The notes: generated by a model from the letters alone, not told the origin. Counted from the stretch's first letter, positions 12,837-25,613 are shown. The stretch is 64,000 bases of DNA from Haliotis rubra (GCF_003918875.1 NW_025767297.1:558001-622000), one strand, 5' to 3'. Numbers and translations: made by a program.

Positions 12837-13414
12837 ATAATTGAGCTGTTTGTTGTGGTGCATCTGTGGCATTTGGGTCTGTCTAGCACAAGTTCTGATG
12901 TCTGACCCAACCATGAATTATATCATGACAGCTCATCTGTGATCAATTAAATACTTGTATTTGTGTGTATGTATTGATTAATTTGGTTCTGATGAGTCAA
13001 AGCTAGACGTTAAAGAATCTATCATTACGTTTTTTCCAGATATGTACCTGAATACAAATTTCGTTTATACACACTTTAGATACTGGCTCTGTCTACAGAT
13101 CATTACGATTTTGATTTACAATTCTATTCTCTTTTCACGCTCTCAGCAATGTTCCAGCAATATCTCGGTAGTAGACCCCAGAAAGGACCTTCACACATTC
13201 TAAGGGGAACAGAACAAGGAACAGAACATGGTCCTTCAGCCTTAAGAGCGAACACTTCATCCACCAGGCTACTGCAACGCCCTGATTACATTTTTAAACA
13301 CGAACCTATTTTACAATAATGAAAACCCAGTTGAGAATATCTTCTTCCGTACTATTTGCATCTCATCATAGTACATCTCCCTACTCACTCGCGTTTACTG
13401 TCCTTCGTTGACAG

Positions 13415-13728
13415 GGTTTCATAAATTATGTATATATATCATGAAAATAGAATTTATTTTAGTCACGATATGGCATGTGACTTTAATCTTAACTCACTCA
13501 CTTACTCGGTCACTGCAGCAATATTTGAACATCACTCAGGCAAGGCAACGCCAGAATCAATCAGATTGCGGTTTCATAAATTATGTGTATTTATCATGAA
13601 AATAGAATTTGTTTAAGTCACGATATGGCTGATGTGACTTTAAATCTTAACTCACTCACTTACTCGGTCACTACAGCAATATTTGAACATCACTCAGGCA
13701 AGGCAACACCAGAATCAATCAGATTGCG
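13415..13728. repeat. Tandem duplication of ~155 bp (2 copies)
   Basis: GGTTTCATAAATTATG...ATCAATCAGATTGC occurs at 13415-13569 and 13570-13728. Confidence 0.9.
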
Positions 13729-13799
13729 ATGACAATCTGACTGCTGTGCCAATTGCCTCAATAGGCAATCAAGGATAGGACCACATGATGTGCTATAAT

Positions 13800-14102
13800 A
13801 GGGCCAGTAAGTAGGTCACGCGAGATCTTACGTTGTTTAGTACTTCCGGTGACAAACAACGTTTCATACCTTTCCGAATTGTCTCATTTTTGTCAGTTGA
13901 CAGAAAGAAACCGACGGTCCTTACTATTACGACTATCCCAAATAGCAACAGCTGTGACAGCCAAGCATGGTTGTACAGTTGGTCTGGTCTAGTAAAGTCA
14001 TATTAGGCGGTCGCGCAATTTGAAACCACAACTGGTTCTTGAATATATACGCCACCGGAAATATGGTATCGGAAGTAGCGACTCGCGAAACTTACGGGCT
14101 CT
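13800..14102. mobile_element. MITE (~300 bp)
   Basis: Imperfect TIRs AGGGCCAGTAAGT / ACTTACGGGCTCT in an AT context; absent from the paralogous segment near 12045. Confidence 0.7.
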
Positions 14103-14518
14103 ATACACATGTATATCTTATCAAAAGAACTTTATTTGCTTGCGTACCATTTTGGTTGACACCTTTCTTCAAAACTGACCAAACCAAAAGAGTAAGAGCA
14201 AGCTTACCACAGTCATAATCGTTCAAACACTAAGACAGCTGTTTGATCGAGTCAGGACAGGCAAGCCTGGGGTCAAATACCTAACCGACAAACTGGAATG
14301 GATTTTGGAAAGGGCGTCGTAAATCCTTTGGGAATTGAGGAATCGCGCAGTACGTGAAACGTTTGAAATGATAATTCACTACTTTCATATGATCTCTTAA
14401 AAAGTGTTAAGTGTGGTCCTGTTTACAGAATACAAAGCAGACGAGGCATTGGCGCAGGGGAGTAGGTGGATAGTTGACCATCCTCGGTGGTTCTGGGTTC
14501 CTATAAAAGACATTTACT

Positions 14519-14715
14519 GACAGAACTTAATTCGTCTCCTATGGGTTGTTCATTCATCAGCCAATGTAAAGACATTTACATTGCAGCGCCTTCAGGATAG
14601 TTTTAAACCTGACAGAACTTCGTCTCCTATGGTTCAATTGCCCTTGTTCATTCATCAGCCAATGTAGGACGACATCACAGCAGACATTGCAGCGCCTTCA
14701 GGATAGTTTTATACC
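14519..14715. repeat. Imperfect tandem duplication (~95-105 bp x2)
   Basis: GACAGAACTT..CGTCTCCTATGG..CAGCCAATGTA..GCAGCGCCTTCAGGATAGTTTTA repeated. Confidence 0.8.
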
Positions 14716-15560
14716 TCTCGGGAAGCTGAGAATGTAATTTAAATACTCACAGTTTTACTGACCACGTTACAAATTAAATAAATATGAGTATATATTAGAT
14801 ACTGTTATACGATGCAACGCTAACACTGTGTCGGAAAGAACTTTTCAAAATTGTCGGTTTGCCAAACCGGTTCCATTTTATGCCATATGTAATCAATTCC
14901 AACTGTCTCTCACTTTCAAACTGGTTTAATGTCTATAACAGAGGAACAGGTGATACAGTTGTATATAACATTTCAGCAACATAAAAAATTCCAGTAATTG
15001 CGAAAATCAGATAATTGGGGAAGAATTTCCGTTTCACCACTTGCCGGTGTCAAAACCTCACAAGATGGATGATATATGATTAGAGCTTCATCCTCAAAAG
15101 TCCGATTTGTCTGATGTATAATGACACCTTAACAAATACAACTACACAGCAAAGGGACGTGATTTATGGCTGTAATGTATGGCTAGAGTGTTCCTGTCAA
15201 AACGATACATCATGTCACGGAACCATGTAATATATATACTGTGCAGATACCTTTGATCTGGGAGAAAGTTATCTACACGGGAAATAAATCTCGGACAAGC
15301 AATCATGTTTAATGAAGTAGGGACATAAAATAATTAAGATAGGCGATAGAGAGGATGCACAGACCAGCTTTCAATTTAGTTTGGTAAATACGATAATTTG
15401 TAATGGGAAAAACCTATAATAAAATACTGGTAACTTACTGACATTCTAATATATGAGTTGAGTATGAAACGTTCGAACGGTGTAATGAACTTGGTTCTAT
15501 TAAATTAAGTTTATAAACCTGAGGATGGTTCGAAAGGTAGAACATGTTAAAACAAGGTAA

Positions 15561-15721
15561 TGAGTGAGTGAGTTTGGTTTTACGCCGCTTTGAGCAATTG
15601 TCCAGCAATACCAGATGGCAATATGGACTTCTCTTATTGTACCCACATTATTGTGGGGAATCGAAACTGGGTCTTCAACATGACGAACGAACGCTTTAAC
15701 CACTACACTACCCACTGGCCC
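15561..15721 (-). mobile_element. SINE family A, degenerate
   Basis: (GAGT)n tail, TCGAA B-box remnant; flanking repeat ACA(A)GGTAATGAGTG. Confidence 0.8.
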
Positions 15722-16317
15722 AAACAGGTAATGAGTGCCCCAGGTAAGAGATATTTTATTGTTTGAGCTATCACTGAGTACTTTTTGAGTAAGTATTTGT
15801 CAATGTGTTAGAAAAATCACGTCATGAGAATTCATATACGGACACTGCACGTTTTCCGAAAGGAGGACAATTAAGTTACCATTCCACTCAATATCTGAAA
15901 GAAAGACTTTCGATGAACTTTAATGCTGTGATTATTATTTCAGTAGTGTTAAAAGTTCAGAGAACTTTGGTAAATCCAGCAAGAATCAGAAACGAAGAGC
16001 ATCAGACGTGGATATGGGACTCATTTTGGAGAGTCTAACACAACGTTCCATGAATACAATGACAATGCCTTCGATGATTGGAAAAAGGGACACCCCGTCC
16101 TGTTCAGCAGTGCAGTCAGTGTGTAGGCTTCACCATTCGTGTCATTAGGAAACCTTGGTTGCTGCCTGTAATGGTGCAGCAACTAAAACCGACCCTACTT
16201 TGTGTACAGATTCAATATAGACCCTCATCGGCAAACACTCCACCATCTAACTTCATGGAACGGTCTATTGCGATTCACAACAGAAAGCAAATAATTGAGA
16301 TCATTGGAAACATGAAA

Positions 16318-16644
16318 TCACGAATAAAATCCATTTCTCTGAAATCCACCATCATTAGGAGTAGAGTTATATAGCGTGTCTGTCTGTTGATCGAACCCAT
16401 ATCGACACTTAGATCTGTCTTCACTGTTAATTTGGTAGAGGCCAGAGAGTCCACATTGCCAATTGGCTCCAAACTTACAGGAAACAGTCAATGAGTGACA
16501 AGCCTCCCAAATTAGCCAGTGGTCAGTAGCAATCTGACCACAAAATAAGGCACATTGGACCACAGAATACGAAGAAGTGGTCACGCGTGTATTTGGCCAC
16601 GTAATTAGAATGTACACGACACTGCTGGGTTGTATCTTTGTGAG
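16318..16644 (-). CDS. Candidate terminal exon encoding a small PAN/apple-like cysteine domain
   Basis: Strong acceptor (polypyrimidine tract + CTGCAG) directly precedes a 108-codon phase-0 open frame with SVVQCALFC...CHSL...CGLS; AATAAA downstream near 15755. Confidence 0.35.
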   Translation of the reverse strand, partial: LTKIQPSSVVYILITWPNTRVTTSSYSVVQCALFCGQIATDHWLIWEACHSLTVSCKFGANWQCGLSGLYQINSEDRSKCRYGFDQQTDTLYNSTPNDGGFQRNGFYS

Positions 16645-17027
16645 CTGCAGATAAAATAAAAAAGGCACAAAACACTTTCCATAATAATCAGGTGCTCAAA
16701 ACAGCTCATTGCCCGATACTGACTGAATTATAAACATGTGTTTGTAAGCATATTGTTTAATTACAGGAATTTGGTAGCAGCACTGTAGCTGCCAACACTC
16801 ATCACCTTGTAAGCTGCCTACAGGGAATTACATAATCACAGGTGGCCTCTCTATCACTGACAATAACATGCTTCGTCAGTCGTGTAAACGTTAACCAAAC
16901 TGAGCCGCATCAGAATAGATGATGTTGAAACATACATGTATGCACTGGTTTCCAAAGCTATATACAGAATCCATCCATAGAGAGCGCTACATTGCTAGGT
17001 CAAACAAAATGTCCTGTATCTCAACAT

Positions 17028-17405
17028 TTACCACGAACCTTGAAAAATCAGGGAAGGATTTCCTATATATATTGCGCGTATGCGAGTCAGATTGGTATAG
17101 ATTTCCTTATGTACGTTCAAGACTTCCAATATTTGTTTCAATTTTGACACTTTCAGAAAAGAATCGAGTTCTTTTGTGTCCAAACATTTGATTTTGCCGG
17201 ATTTATACACCAAGTTCATAAACTTCGTTGCTGGATTCATTGGACATATTCCCCGACAACAAAGACTTTGTATTAGCAACTTGTGTGAATGGTAGGCGGA
17301 ACCACAGATGAAGGACACGTTTATCCTTTTCGAGAATACATGGTAATAGTGATAATCTGAAGAGGCATACAAATCATACGGACTTAAACAAAACTGACTC
17401 GGCAT
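17028..17405 (-). mobile_element. Decayed LINE ORF2 C-terminal remnant (CR1/L2/RTE-X-like)
   Basis: SHKLLIQS...ICP...IYTNL..IRAIYIGNPSL resembles the SHxLxIE...C...YxxLR..YI...PS tail of such LINEs. Confidence 0.4.
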
Positions 17406-17989
17406 CAGTCAACAGAGGCCTGTATAATCTAAGAGAAAGGCAATGTGTGTGTTATGGTTACCTAAAAAGATGGCTGTTTTTATCGGGCGGTCTGAAACGA
17501 TGACTTGGTTTTGTCGTACCGCAGAGGCGTTGATGGTTGCACATTAGCATGTCCGCGTTCGTCAGAAGCATGAATCATATTTAACTGAATCATTTTATCC
17601 AAATCTGAAACGCTCAGGTTACAGGACCGTCTTAAGGACACACGGTGACAGCAACGTTTGAAATTGTTGGTCGTAACATGTTTTGGTCGAGAGAACACCA
17701 TTGACTTGTCTATGATAATGAAGATAATGTTTTTTTGATTGTTTGCTTACACTGTATTCAGCAATGTAACCAATTATCTGGTGGACTGTAATAAACGAGT
17801 CTAGACCAGACAACCATGAACAGCTATCCACTCAGTCGGCGTACAATTGCATTAATTCAACCATGTTTGTTTTTCGTTTGTTATTGTTAAAAGCCTCATT
17901 CAAAAATATTCCAGTCAAATCAGAGCTATTGCTAAACTATAGCGACTGGACAAGACAATCCAGTAAATGTCATCATGAGCAACATATAC

Positions 17990-18146
17990 TGAGTTTAGTT
18001 TTACGCCGCTTTTAGCAATATTCCAGCAATATCACGGCGGGGGACACCAGAAATGGGCTTCACACATTGTGCCCATGTGGGGAATCGAACCCGGGTCTTC
18101 GGCGTGACGAGCCAACGCTTTAACCACTAGGCTACCCCACCGCCCC
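17990..18146 (-). mobile_element. SINE family A, young full-length copy
   Basis: Consensus-like; 14-bp TSD TGAGCAACATATAC at 17976-17989 and 18147-18160. Confidence 0.92.
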
Positions 18147-18764
18147 TGAGCAACATATACACAGGGATAAGATACTAATTGGCCGAACTTGACCTCAACC
18201 AAGTTTCGGAGTGCACACGATCCGTCTGGTCTTACGACGAGCACAGAATGCATTGACTGATAAAGTACTGCTTGAATGCTTTGAACAAACTTGCTATAAC
18301 TGTAATTGTCCTGAATCCTTGAACAGCATTTAATAGTGATACACATCCATAAATTCTCGCCTTTATGTAATTGTCCAACTTAATGTCAGTTCGAGCTATA
18401 ATAATTTACTTCTCCTTATACCACTGTGGAGAATCAAAGGTTACGTTTGTTACATAAAATGCAAGATATGTTGGTGGATAACAACTTCTTTGTTGTTTAA
18501 TGACGCGGATTTTCGGTATACATTGTCAAGCAAAACCAACAGAGGCAATTGAATTTCGCCGACACAAAACACAACAGAGACCATGGATTCCTCATTCCAT
18601 CTGCCGACAATGACCTGATAAAACAACAGAACACTCCAGCTATCATCCCTAATTAATCTTATCAGTGCTGCATATTTTGTACCGCCTCATGTACAGTTGG
18701 CTTTCTCTAGTTATCACTGTATTAATTACCAATATCCACTTTGTTGTTGGTACGTTTAGCATGC

Positions 18765-18945
18765 TATGATGTTATTTTTGTTAATCATTTTCATGCTTTT
18801 TTTAAAAATCATTTTCATACAGAACGTTATGCCGTGTCTGTTGATTATTTTCATGCAGACCGCTATGGTATTTTTGTTAATCATTTCATGCAGACCGTTA
18901 TACTGTTTTTGTTAATAATTTTCTTGCAGACCGTTATGATGGTTT
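18765..18945. repeat. Degenerate ~37-bp tandem repeat
   Basis: TTTTTGTTAATCATTTTCATGCAGACCGTTATG-like unit, about 5 copies. Confidence 0.65.
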
Positions 18946-18990
18946 TTTCAATCCCTACTAAATTGATATACATGTGTTCTGTGTTCTAGT

Positions 18991-19152
18991 ACCCGTGAAG
19001 ATCAGGGTTAGAATTGATCTTCAGTAACCCATGCTTGTCGTAAGAGGCGACTAACGGGATCGGGTGGTCAGGCTCGCTGACTTGGTTGACACATGTCATC
19101 GAATCCCAGTTGAGTAGATCGATGTTGATCACTGGATTGTCTGGTCCAGACT
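18991..19152 (+). mobile_element. SINE family B, 3'-truncated
   Basis: ACCCGTGAAGATCAGGGTTAGAATTGATCTTCAGTAACCC...GTCGTAAGAGGCGACTAACGGG. Confidence 0.88.
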
Positions 19153-20851
19153 GCATTTGTAGGTACCTCGATGTGAACGTCAGCTTGTCAGAGGGACGGA
19201 GGGAGCGGATAAAACATTCCCACAGTGTCTTGCCGTTATTGTTACTAACAAACTTCTAACATACCAGATACAGGAATCTACGTTTAATCTAACCGACCGT
19301 CATTCCCTTGATATGCTGGTGATACAAATTAGTTCCACTTCACGTAGTCTGAAATACCACACAGTAATGGTAGTTTCTAAATTCCTTGGCTTCAGGTTAC
19401 AGTGAAAAAGAGCTGTTGAGAAATGCTGTTGACACGTAGGGGGAGATCTACAATATTTATTTCCCAAATTGAACTCGGTTCGTGTTTGTGTGGATTAAAG
19501 GCCCTGTAATTGGGTGGCCGCTGATCACAGTAAGCATTGCATATACAACATACGCATGCCAATTTAAAAGCTACGTTTTGGCGTTTTCGTTCTTTAAGAA
19601 AATAGGAATTATTAAAATCCACATGGCGTGAGATAGATTAATTTCTTAAAGTCATATCATATTAATAAGAATCATGTGTAAAATGAATGTAATGCTAATA
19701 CAAAAGTGCTTCAGGTTACACTCTTTGAGCTAGAAATAGACGAAAAATCACCCAACAAAAGAATCTTCAAATTATTGATCCATTAGTTATTTCCTGAGGC
19801 ATAAAATCCCAGAAATGTGAGCGAGTTTGCAATCTACATGTTTCCTTTGGTTATCATAATAAAGCAAATATTTATTCCCTTCCTACCTCCAAGTGGATGG
19901 CATTACAGATTGGATTAATAAATATCTTTTATATCGCACACGCCTCCCCTAAGCGCAGATCAATTCCTACCCTCGGCGGGGAGAGGTTATTTCAAGGGGA
20001 TCAAAAGGTCAAAGATATTTTCTGAAAGGTCAAATCGGGGAATTTCTGATTCGAGGCAATCTAACGATTTTAAGCCTTTTATTCCATCAATACACTCAGG
20101 CAAGTATAAAGCCACCTAGATTTAAGCATTTCTCAATTAAAATTGTTTCAGTTTGTTTCAAAGAAAGAATGTTGGTATTTGTGATATGATATCTGCCCAT
20201 CTACATTTGGTAAGTAGAGTACAATTGAGTAGGGATTCAATCTATGTTTAGCATAACTTATTATCACCAAGTCCCCGAAACAAGCACATTGTCCACAAGG
20301 CCACCGAGTGCACCTATTGACCCTTCACCCCAAGTTAAATTTCACACGCCAAGGTCAAGGCTGTTGCACCCTGCACATGGAATGACAAATGCTTATCTAT
20401 TGAACCAAAAATTTTAACTATTTTGTATATTTTACAAATTTAAAGATATGGAGTCGTTACCACAGACATTCTTTAAAATATTGATTTTCCTTATATATTT
20501 TTTTCTGTATTATTTTAGCTCTGAATTTTGAAGTATTTTATTAAAACTGATAAAAATTATCTGACACTGTGATCGCCTAAATATACAAATTTCGTCATAT
20601 ACAGTTCAGAATGGTAAACATCATTATGTATTTATTTATCTAAACAATCATAAATATATAATAAGTAAGTGAGAGTGAGAGCAACGTTTCGGTGTAGTTC
20701 TCCTTGAACAATATTCCAGTTACATGCACCATCTGGTGCTGGAACCTACCCCGCCGCTCTCACTGCAGTAAGGTTCTTCATCCATAGATTGTTATCCTTC
20801 CTCGACAACTCGTGAATGTGTCCATGTAATTGAAATCACCATACTTACAGG

Positions 20852-21890
20852 TAAGTCCGTGAGTGTGTCCGATCGTCGGTTTTTGAGTTGGAGAGTAAGT
20901 TTTTAGTTATGTGGAGTGAGTCCGAGTCCGTTGAAGAGTAGTCCGATCGTCGGTTTTGAGTTGGAGAGTATGGTTTTGAGGATCCGATCGTCGGGAGAGT
21001 ATGTCTGTTAGTCCGTGAGTGAATCCGATCGTCGGTTTTGAGTGAGTCCGATCGTGAGTTTCGTCGGTTTTGGAGTTGGAGTAGTTATGTGGAGTCCGAT
21101 CGTCGGTTTTGGAGTGGAGAGTATGTCTGTTAGTCCGTGAGGAGTCCGATCGTCGGTTTTGGAGTTGGAGAGTATGTCTGTTGAGAGTATGTCGGTTTTG
21201 TAGTTGGAGAGTATGTCTGTTAGTGAGTGAGTCCGATCGTCGGTTTTGTAGTTGGAGAGTATGTCTGTTAGTTCGTGTGTGAGTCCGATCGTCACTTTTT
21301 GAGTTGGAGAGTATGTCTGTTAGTCCGTGAGTGAATCCGATCGTCGGTTTTGGAGTTGGAGAGTATGTCTATTAGTCCGTGAGTGAGTCCGATCGTCGGT
21401 TTTGGAGTTGGAGAGTATGTGTTAGTCCGTAAGTGAGTCCGATCGTCGGTTTTGGAGTTGGAGAGTATGTCTGTTAGTCCGTGAGTGAGTCCGATCGTCG
21501 GTTTTGGAGTTGGAGAGTATGTCTGTTAGTCCGTGACGTGAGTCCGATCGTCAGTTTTGTAGTTGGAGAGTATGTCTGTTAGTCCGAGAGTCCGATCGAG
21601 TCCGATCGTCGGTTTTGAGTTGGTGTATGTCCGGTCCGTAAGTGAGTCCGATCGTCGGTTTTGGAGTTGGAGAGTATGTCTGTTAGTCCGTGAGTGAGTC
21701 CGAGTCCGATCGTCGGTTTTGAGTGAGTATGTCGGTCGTCCGTGAGTGAGGAGTTTGGAGAGTATGTCTGAGTCCGTCCGTGAGTGAGTCCGATCGTCGG
21801 TTTTGGAGTTGGAGAGTATGTCTGTTAGTCCGTGAGTGAGTCCGATCGTCGGTTTTGGAATTGGAGAGTATGCTAGTCTGCGAGAGAGTC
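20852..21890. repeat. 52-bp minisatellite (TCCGTGAGTGAGTCCGATCGTCGGTTTTGGAGTTGGAGAGTATGTCTGTTAG)n
   Basis: 52-bp period, e.g. 21321 to 21373; about 20 partly deleted units. Confidence 0.92.
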
Positions 21891-22769
21891 GGTGAGTTAT
21901 TGAGCAAGTCGCAGAGTGCGTGTGCGAGCATGTAAATCCGTGATCGAGAATGAATCTGAGAGTCTATTTGTCTGGGAGATTACAACTGCTATTTATGAAA
22001 CAGCATGCGGGACAACAGCTTGTCTCTCAAGCAGTTGTACATTCCGTAGTGAAACGAAAGATAGCCAAGATGCCAGGTTGATGGTCTATATCACACAATA
22101 TATGTAAAGATTACATTATTGCCTTATAGACAAGAATTAAAACCATGAAGTGATCAGCTGAACTACATGTTTTTTGAGACGGAAGTCAGTAAACTTTAAG
22201 CTTTGTGACTGCGGTCTGTTGGTAATCTCGTTAAATATGATTAGACTGTAACAAACTTGTCTAACTCAATAAATGAAATATAAGGGAGGCTAACGTGCAC
22301 AGCTGCCATCAACATCTGTATGATTAAACATACATTAAATAATAATATCCATTTTTTTCCATGAAGATAGGTCGTTCTGACCCCGTGGACTTTTGGCACA
22401 ATTTGTATCGTGCATTATCTCTAAAGTAGTAACATTGAAACAACTGGCTATCTTTCAAGAATACAGACATGAGCTTTCAGTGAGATTAAGTAATTGTGTT
22501 TTTCGCCGCAGTTTTGAACTGTTCGTGCAATATGTCGATTGTTTATGAACGGTCGAGTCTGGTCCAGGCAAATTTGTAAATAACTACATAGTTACGGGTA
22601 CAGGTCATATCGGCGTATAGTAAGACGAACGAGATACACTTTTGTGAAACCTGACAGCGCAGTTAAGGAGTTAAAGAACCGATCATGATCAATGTGAATC
22701 TGGACATTACACCCACGACAAGCGGTGTCATATCTCCCTGATTGAAAATTCTACAACAATCACTTGTTG

Positions 22770-22924
22770 AGGGAGTGAGGGAGTTATGTTTTACGCCACT
22801 TTTACCAATATTCCAGCAATTTCACTGCGGGAGACACCAGAAATGGGCTTCCCTGTGAGGAATCGAACCCGGGTCTTCGGCGTGACGGGCGAACGCTTTA
22901 ACCACCAGGCTACCCAACAGCCCC
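22770..22924 (-). mobile_element. SINE family A
   Basis: Reverse-complement head and tail. Confidence 0.85.
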
Positions 22925-24653
22925 TTAAACTGAGTGATGGCTTTTCACTTACTGTATTTATTTTTATCAGGGCTTGTCGGCGGAATATTGGAGAAAGCCA
23001 CAGGCTTTTTACATCCATGAATTTAGTTATGGTACTGACCAACCTGGAAACATAGCCATTGTGAATCGTGGATTTGTGGATTGTGACTCTGGTGAAGTTC
23101 AAGATACGTGTTCAGGTACTGCCAGACACGGTTTCCTGTCTTCAAGATACAACTAATCCGACTTCACAAGACATGGCTTCACTCTTCAAGATACAAACTA
23201 GTAGAACCAACAAGATAAGGCTACCTCTCTTTAAGGGACACGAGCTTCCTGACTAAACTAGATATGGATTCGTCTGTAGATGATAAAAGAACTAACACAC
23301 TAAACTAGACACGAACCCCTCTCTGGAAGGTACAAGGGAACCTTTTGACAATAAACACTCATCTGGGATGGAAATCTAACGGTACGGAATTCTGATGCTC
23401 GGAAGCAACACAACACTGCTCAGTTGACCAAGCCCCGTTGGCCACACTTTAAGATTTCCCCTTGACAGTATAGTTCGTACAACCTCGCTATAATCTTTGC
23501 ACACAATAAAATGCACTATAACTCCTTTTGCCCAAGGGATTTTGATGGTCACACCCTTTCATCGAATAATCATTCAAAAATCTGTCTGATACAAAGGTAA
23601 GCCTGAAGGGCATCCTGTAATCTTGAAGTTGACTAGACACGCCCACGCAATCGTTATCACGTTTTAGTGAATAAAAATATTTTAAGTAAAAAATTGCTTC
23701 CATTAATCTGTCTTCTAAGAGACTTGAGGTCAGCGGGTAAATGCTTGCTGTCGGTAATTGGGCAAATAGTTCATGTTTGTGGATGTCTACCCTACGGCTT
23801 GAAGATGTGTGTCGATTATTCGCAATAAAAAACGTCTAAACCACCACTTGCATTGATTCAAAATGTTGTAATGTATAATAAGTGATGTAGGGTCTTTGAT
23901 CATGCAAGGACTGGGTCTTAATGGAACAGTTGTATCCGATTGCTGGCATTGGTAATGCCATTGTATGGATTCCGAGGTGGTTATCAAGGGAGGCGGATTT
24001 CGAGTTGGGATGAGGCAGTAGCTGTCTTCTTCATTTAATTACTATAACTATAAACTGGCATATAATCATTTTCCTAGACAAAGTATAGAAACTTCTTAAT
24101 TCATAGCTATGTACTACGAAAATGTGGTACGGATGTTCGTGAAGACGTCAAATGTTGTGGGATACACATTGATGTATGTGCAATATCGCCCTTGATGCCA
24201 AATTCACAACAGTGGAAAGGGCATTTCTCCTTTGTTCCATTTTAGGCACGAGCAAACATAGATATATACTTTCGTTAGATAGTCAGATTGTGTTGAAAGT
24301 CCAACGAAGAAATTTGCTCAAGAACCAGGATGTGGGAGGTCATAAAGCCATACTAAGTCATACTGATAACCTGATACACCAATAGTATGGCTTACACGAT
24401 GAAAAGGTCAGAGCTACCTAAGATGCATAGCACTGTCCCTCTTCATGAAAATGAATATATTTTGAAACCTGGCTGTCATCAAGTTTCCCCAACAGAAAGG
24501 GCGAACGCCAACAATCCTCCATACGGACAAAATGCTAAAGTTATTATGTCATGCATGTGTTAGCAGGTAAGCATCTCAGTTCAAAAGGGAAAAACGTCCA
24601 GGAAGACCGTCAATAGTTACCATTAAGGAGCACGTAGAAAAAAAATGACTCAC

Positions 24654-24683
24654 CATTTGCCACACTGGGATCTCAGTACCCAT
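24654..24683 (-). CDS. Candidate first coding exon (MGTEIPVWQM, phase-0 donor)
   Basis: ATG|GTGAGT donor at 24653; TATAAAA about 130 nt upstream; phase compatible with exon 16644-16318. Confidence 0.25.
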
Positions 24684-24812
24684 GTCTCATTTGAGAGTTA
24701 AAACGTTCTGAGGAATGGCATGAGAAAGGTTTCAGCAAGCTGGGTACCAAGTCTTCTCATTCCTGATCGTAAAGACTCCAGGTTTATCCTTTCGCAGAAG
24801 TATGTGTGTCAT

Positions 24813-24819
24813 TTTTATA
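24813..24819 (-). promoter_or_regulatory. Putative TATA box (TATAAAA)
   Basis: CTATAAAAAT on the minus strand upstream of a consensus splice donor. Confidence 0.3.
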
Positions 24820-25479
24820 GAACAATAAGCTGGTTGTGCTGTAACCATGGATAATAAATATGTGGCTCCCTACCTTCATTCAGAGACTAAACAACACACA
24901 CAGAATCCTCGGAGCCCAAAGGAATCCTGTTATTGGACTTTCACCAAAAGGGTCCGACAATTTTAATGGCCAATATTTTCCAAATCTCACAAGGCAACAG
25001 CGAGACAATATCATATGGATGGCACACAAATAATACATATATCTGTATCAGTTGTGTTTTATTCATTGTGATCGCCTGAATAAGAATAATAACATCCATC
25101 AAACGATCCTTTTGGTCATAGCGTAAACGTCAAACCTCGAATACAAGAACAATCACAGCGGGCCGAGAAAAATAGACTGAGCCCGTTTGAGTAAAAAATC
25201 ATCTATTTGGAGTGTCAATACGCATAAATACAGTCAACTACCGCCTCTACTTTAAATGTCAAGCTGAACGCTGCCAGCCCAAAACAAAAGTGACACAGAA
25301 GAGCGAGTGACCTTCACTCACAGTCACACACTCTCAGCGCAGTGGCCCTGAATGACTCGGCGGTCAGCTCATCGGTGCGAGTTTTCTTCGCTGGATGCCC
25401 AGGCTTAATTTGCTGACCAAATGCATTTTGTGAAATGCATGTTTTACATTGCCTTTACTTGTGTTGTGTGACACTCACT

Positions 25480-25613
25480 GGAGTGAGTGAGTGAGTGAGT
25501 ATGATTTTACGCCGCCAGAAATGGGCGTCTAACATTGTACCCATGTGTCGAATCGAACCCTGGTCTTCGGCGTGACGAGCGAACGCTTAACCAATAAACT
25601 ACCGCACTGCCCC
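25480..25613 (-). mobile_element. SINE family A, internally deleted
   Basis: (GAGT)n tail plus head. Confidence 0.8.

Noticed and set aside
12985-13020. CTGATGAGTC...GAC hammerhead-like core (also CTGATGAG at ~53167 and ~58825, CTGATGA at ~9434)
   Set aside because: The GAAA after stem II and stems I/III are missing
19890-20400. Possible DNA transposon remnant with AAGGTCAA motifs
   Set aside because: Matching termini and a TSD could not be defined
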